57,503 bases of DNA from Dehalococcoidia bacterium (GTDB lineage: Bacteria > Chloroflexota > Dehalococcoidia > SM23-28-2 > WHTN01). Made by a program: the position numbers and the translations under genes. Of this stretch, positions 57,448-57,503 are shown one piece after another; position 1 is the stretch's first letter, and every line of letters starts with the position of its first letter. The notes under the pieces were generated by a model. The model ran no database searches. It had not been told where the DNA came from and worked only from the letters and a program-made list of their open reading frames with translations. The stretch lies in assembly GCA_009377715.1 (NCBI GenBank), contig WHTN01000006.1:1-57503 (forward strand), in the 5' to 3' direction.

Positions 57448-57503
57448 TCAGCGCAAGTCGGCCCAGCTTTCGGCGTTTATCATTTCCGACCAGTACTCAT
57501 AAA
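57448..57503 (-). CDS. 3' end of a further RHO alpha subunit (enters from the right edge)
   Basis: Translates YEYWSEMINAESWADLR*, matching the C-termini FYEYWQHLM and WAELMAAESWDDIR of the other copies. Confidence 0.75.
   Translation of the reverse strand, partial: YEYWSEMINAESWADLR

Overview
GC-rich bacterial chromosome segment, most consistent with a Chloroflexota (Dehalococcoidia-like) genome; this taxonomy is an inference from gene content. Left end: a complex I-like nuo operon (minus strand, A-C-D-H-J-K-orf-L-M-N) with no nuoB, nuoI or nuoEFG, whose intergenic gaps are filled with REP-like palindromes. The dominant feature is an expansion of Rieske ring-hydroxylating oxygenase (RHO) alpha subunits: five intact genes, one with an internal deletion, one decayed 5' remnant and one 3' end at the window edge. 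The six near-full-length copies share an almost invariant 85-aa Rieske segment but have divergent catalytic domains. No beta subunit, soluble ferredoxin or reductase is present in the window. The RHO genes repeatedly sit downstream of orphan Tat-lipoprotein family-5 solute-binding proteins (four copies). Also present: oppABC without ATPases; tandem bicupins; a DUF2231-Rieske membrane protein; a two-finger C2H2 protein; class Ia nrdAB controlled by a cobalamin riboswitch that overlaps tandem NrdR boxes; an AT-richer putative PD-(D/E)XK nuclease gene; an operon of stand-alone OmpR-type wHTH + sulfite-oxidase-fold Moco protein + NirA behind a GlnR-box-like 11-bp repeat array; mscL; a HerA-like ATPase; and an Ldh_2/amidohydrolase/AKR cluster. 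Many genes carry single-base frameshifts, probably assembly errors. No rRNA, tRNA, CRISPR array or transposase was recognised. All calls come from reading motifs by eye; no database searches were run.
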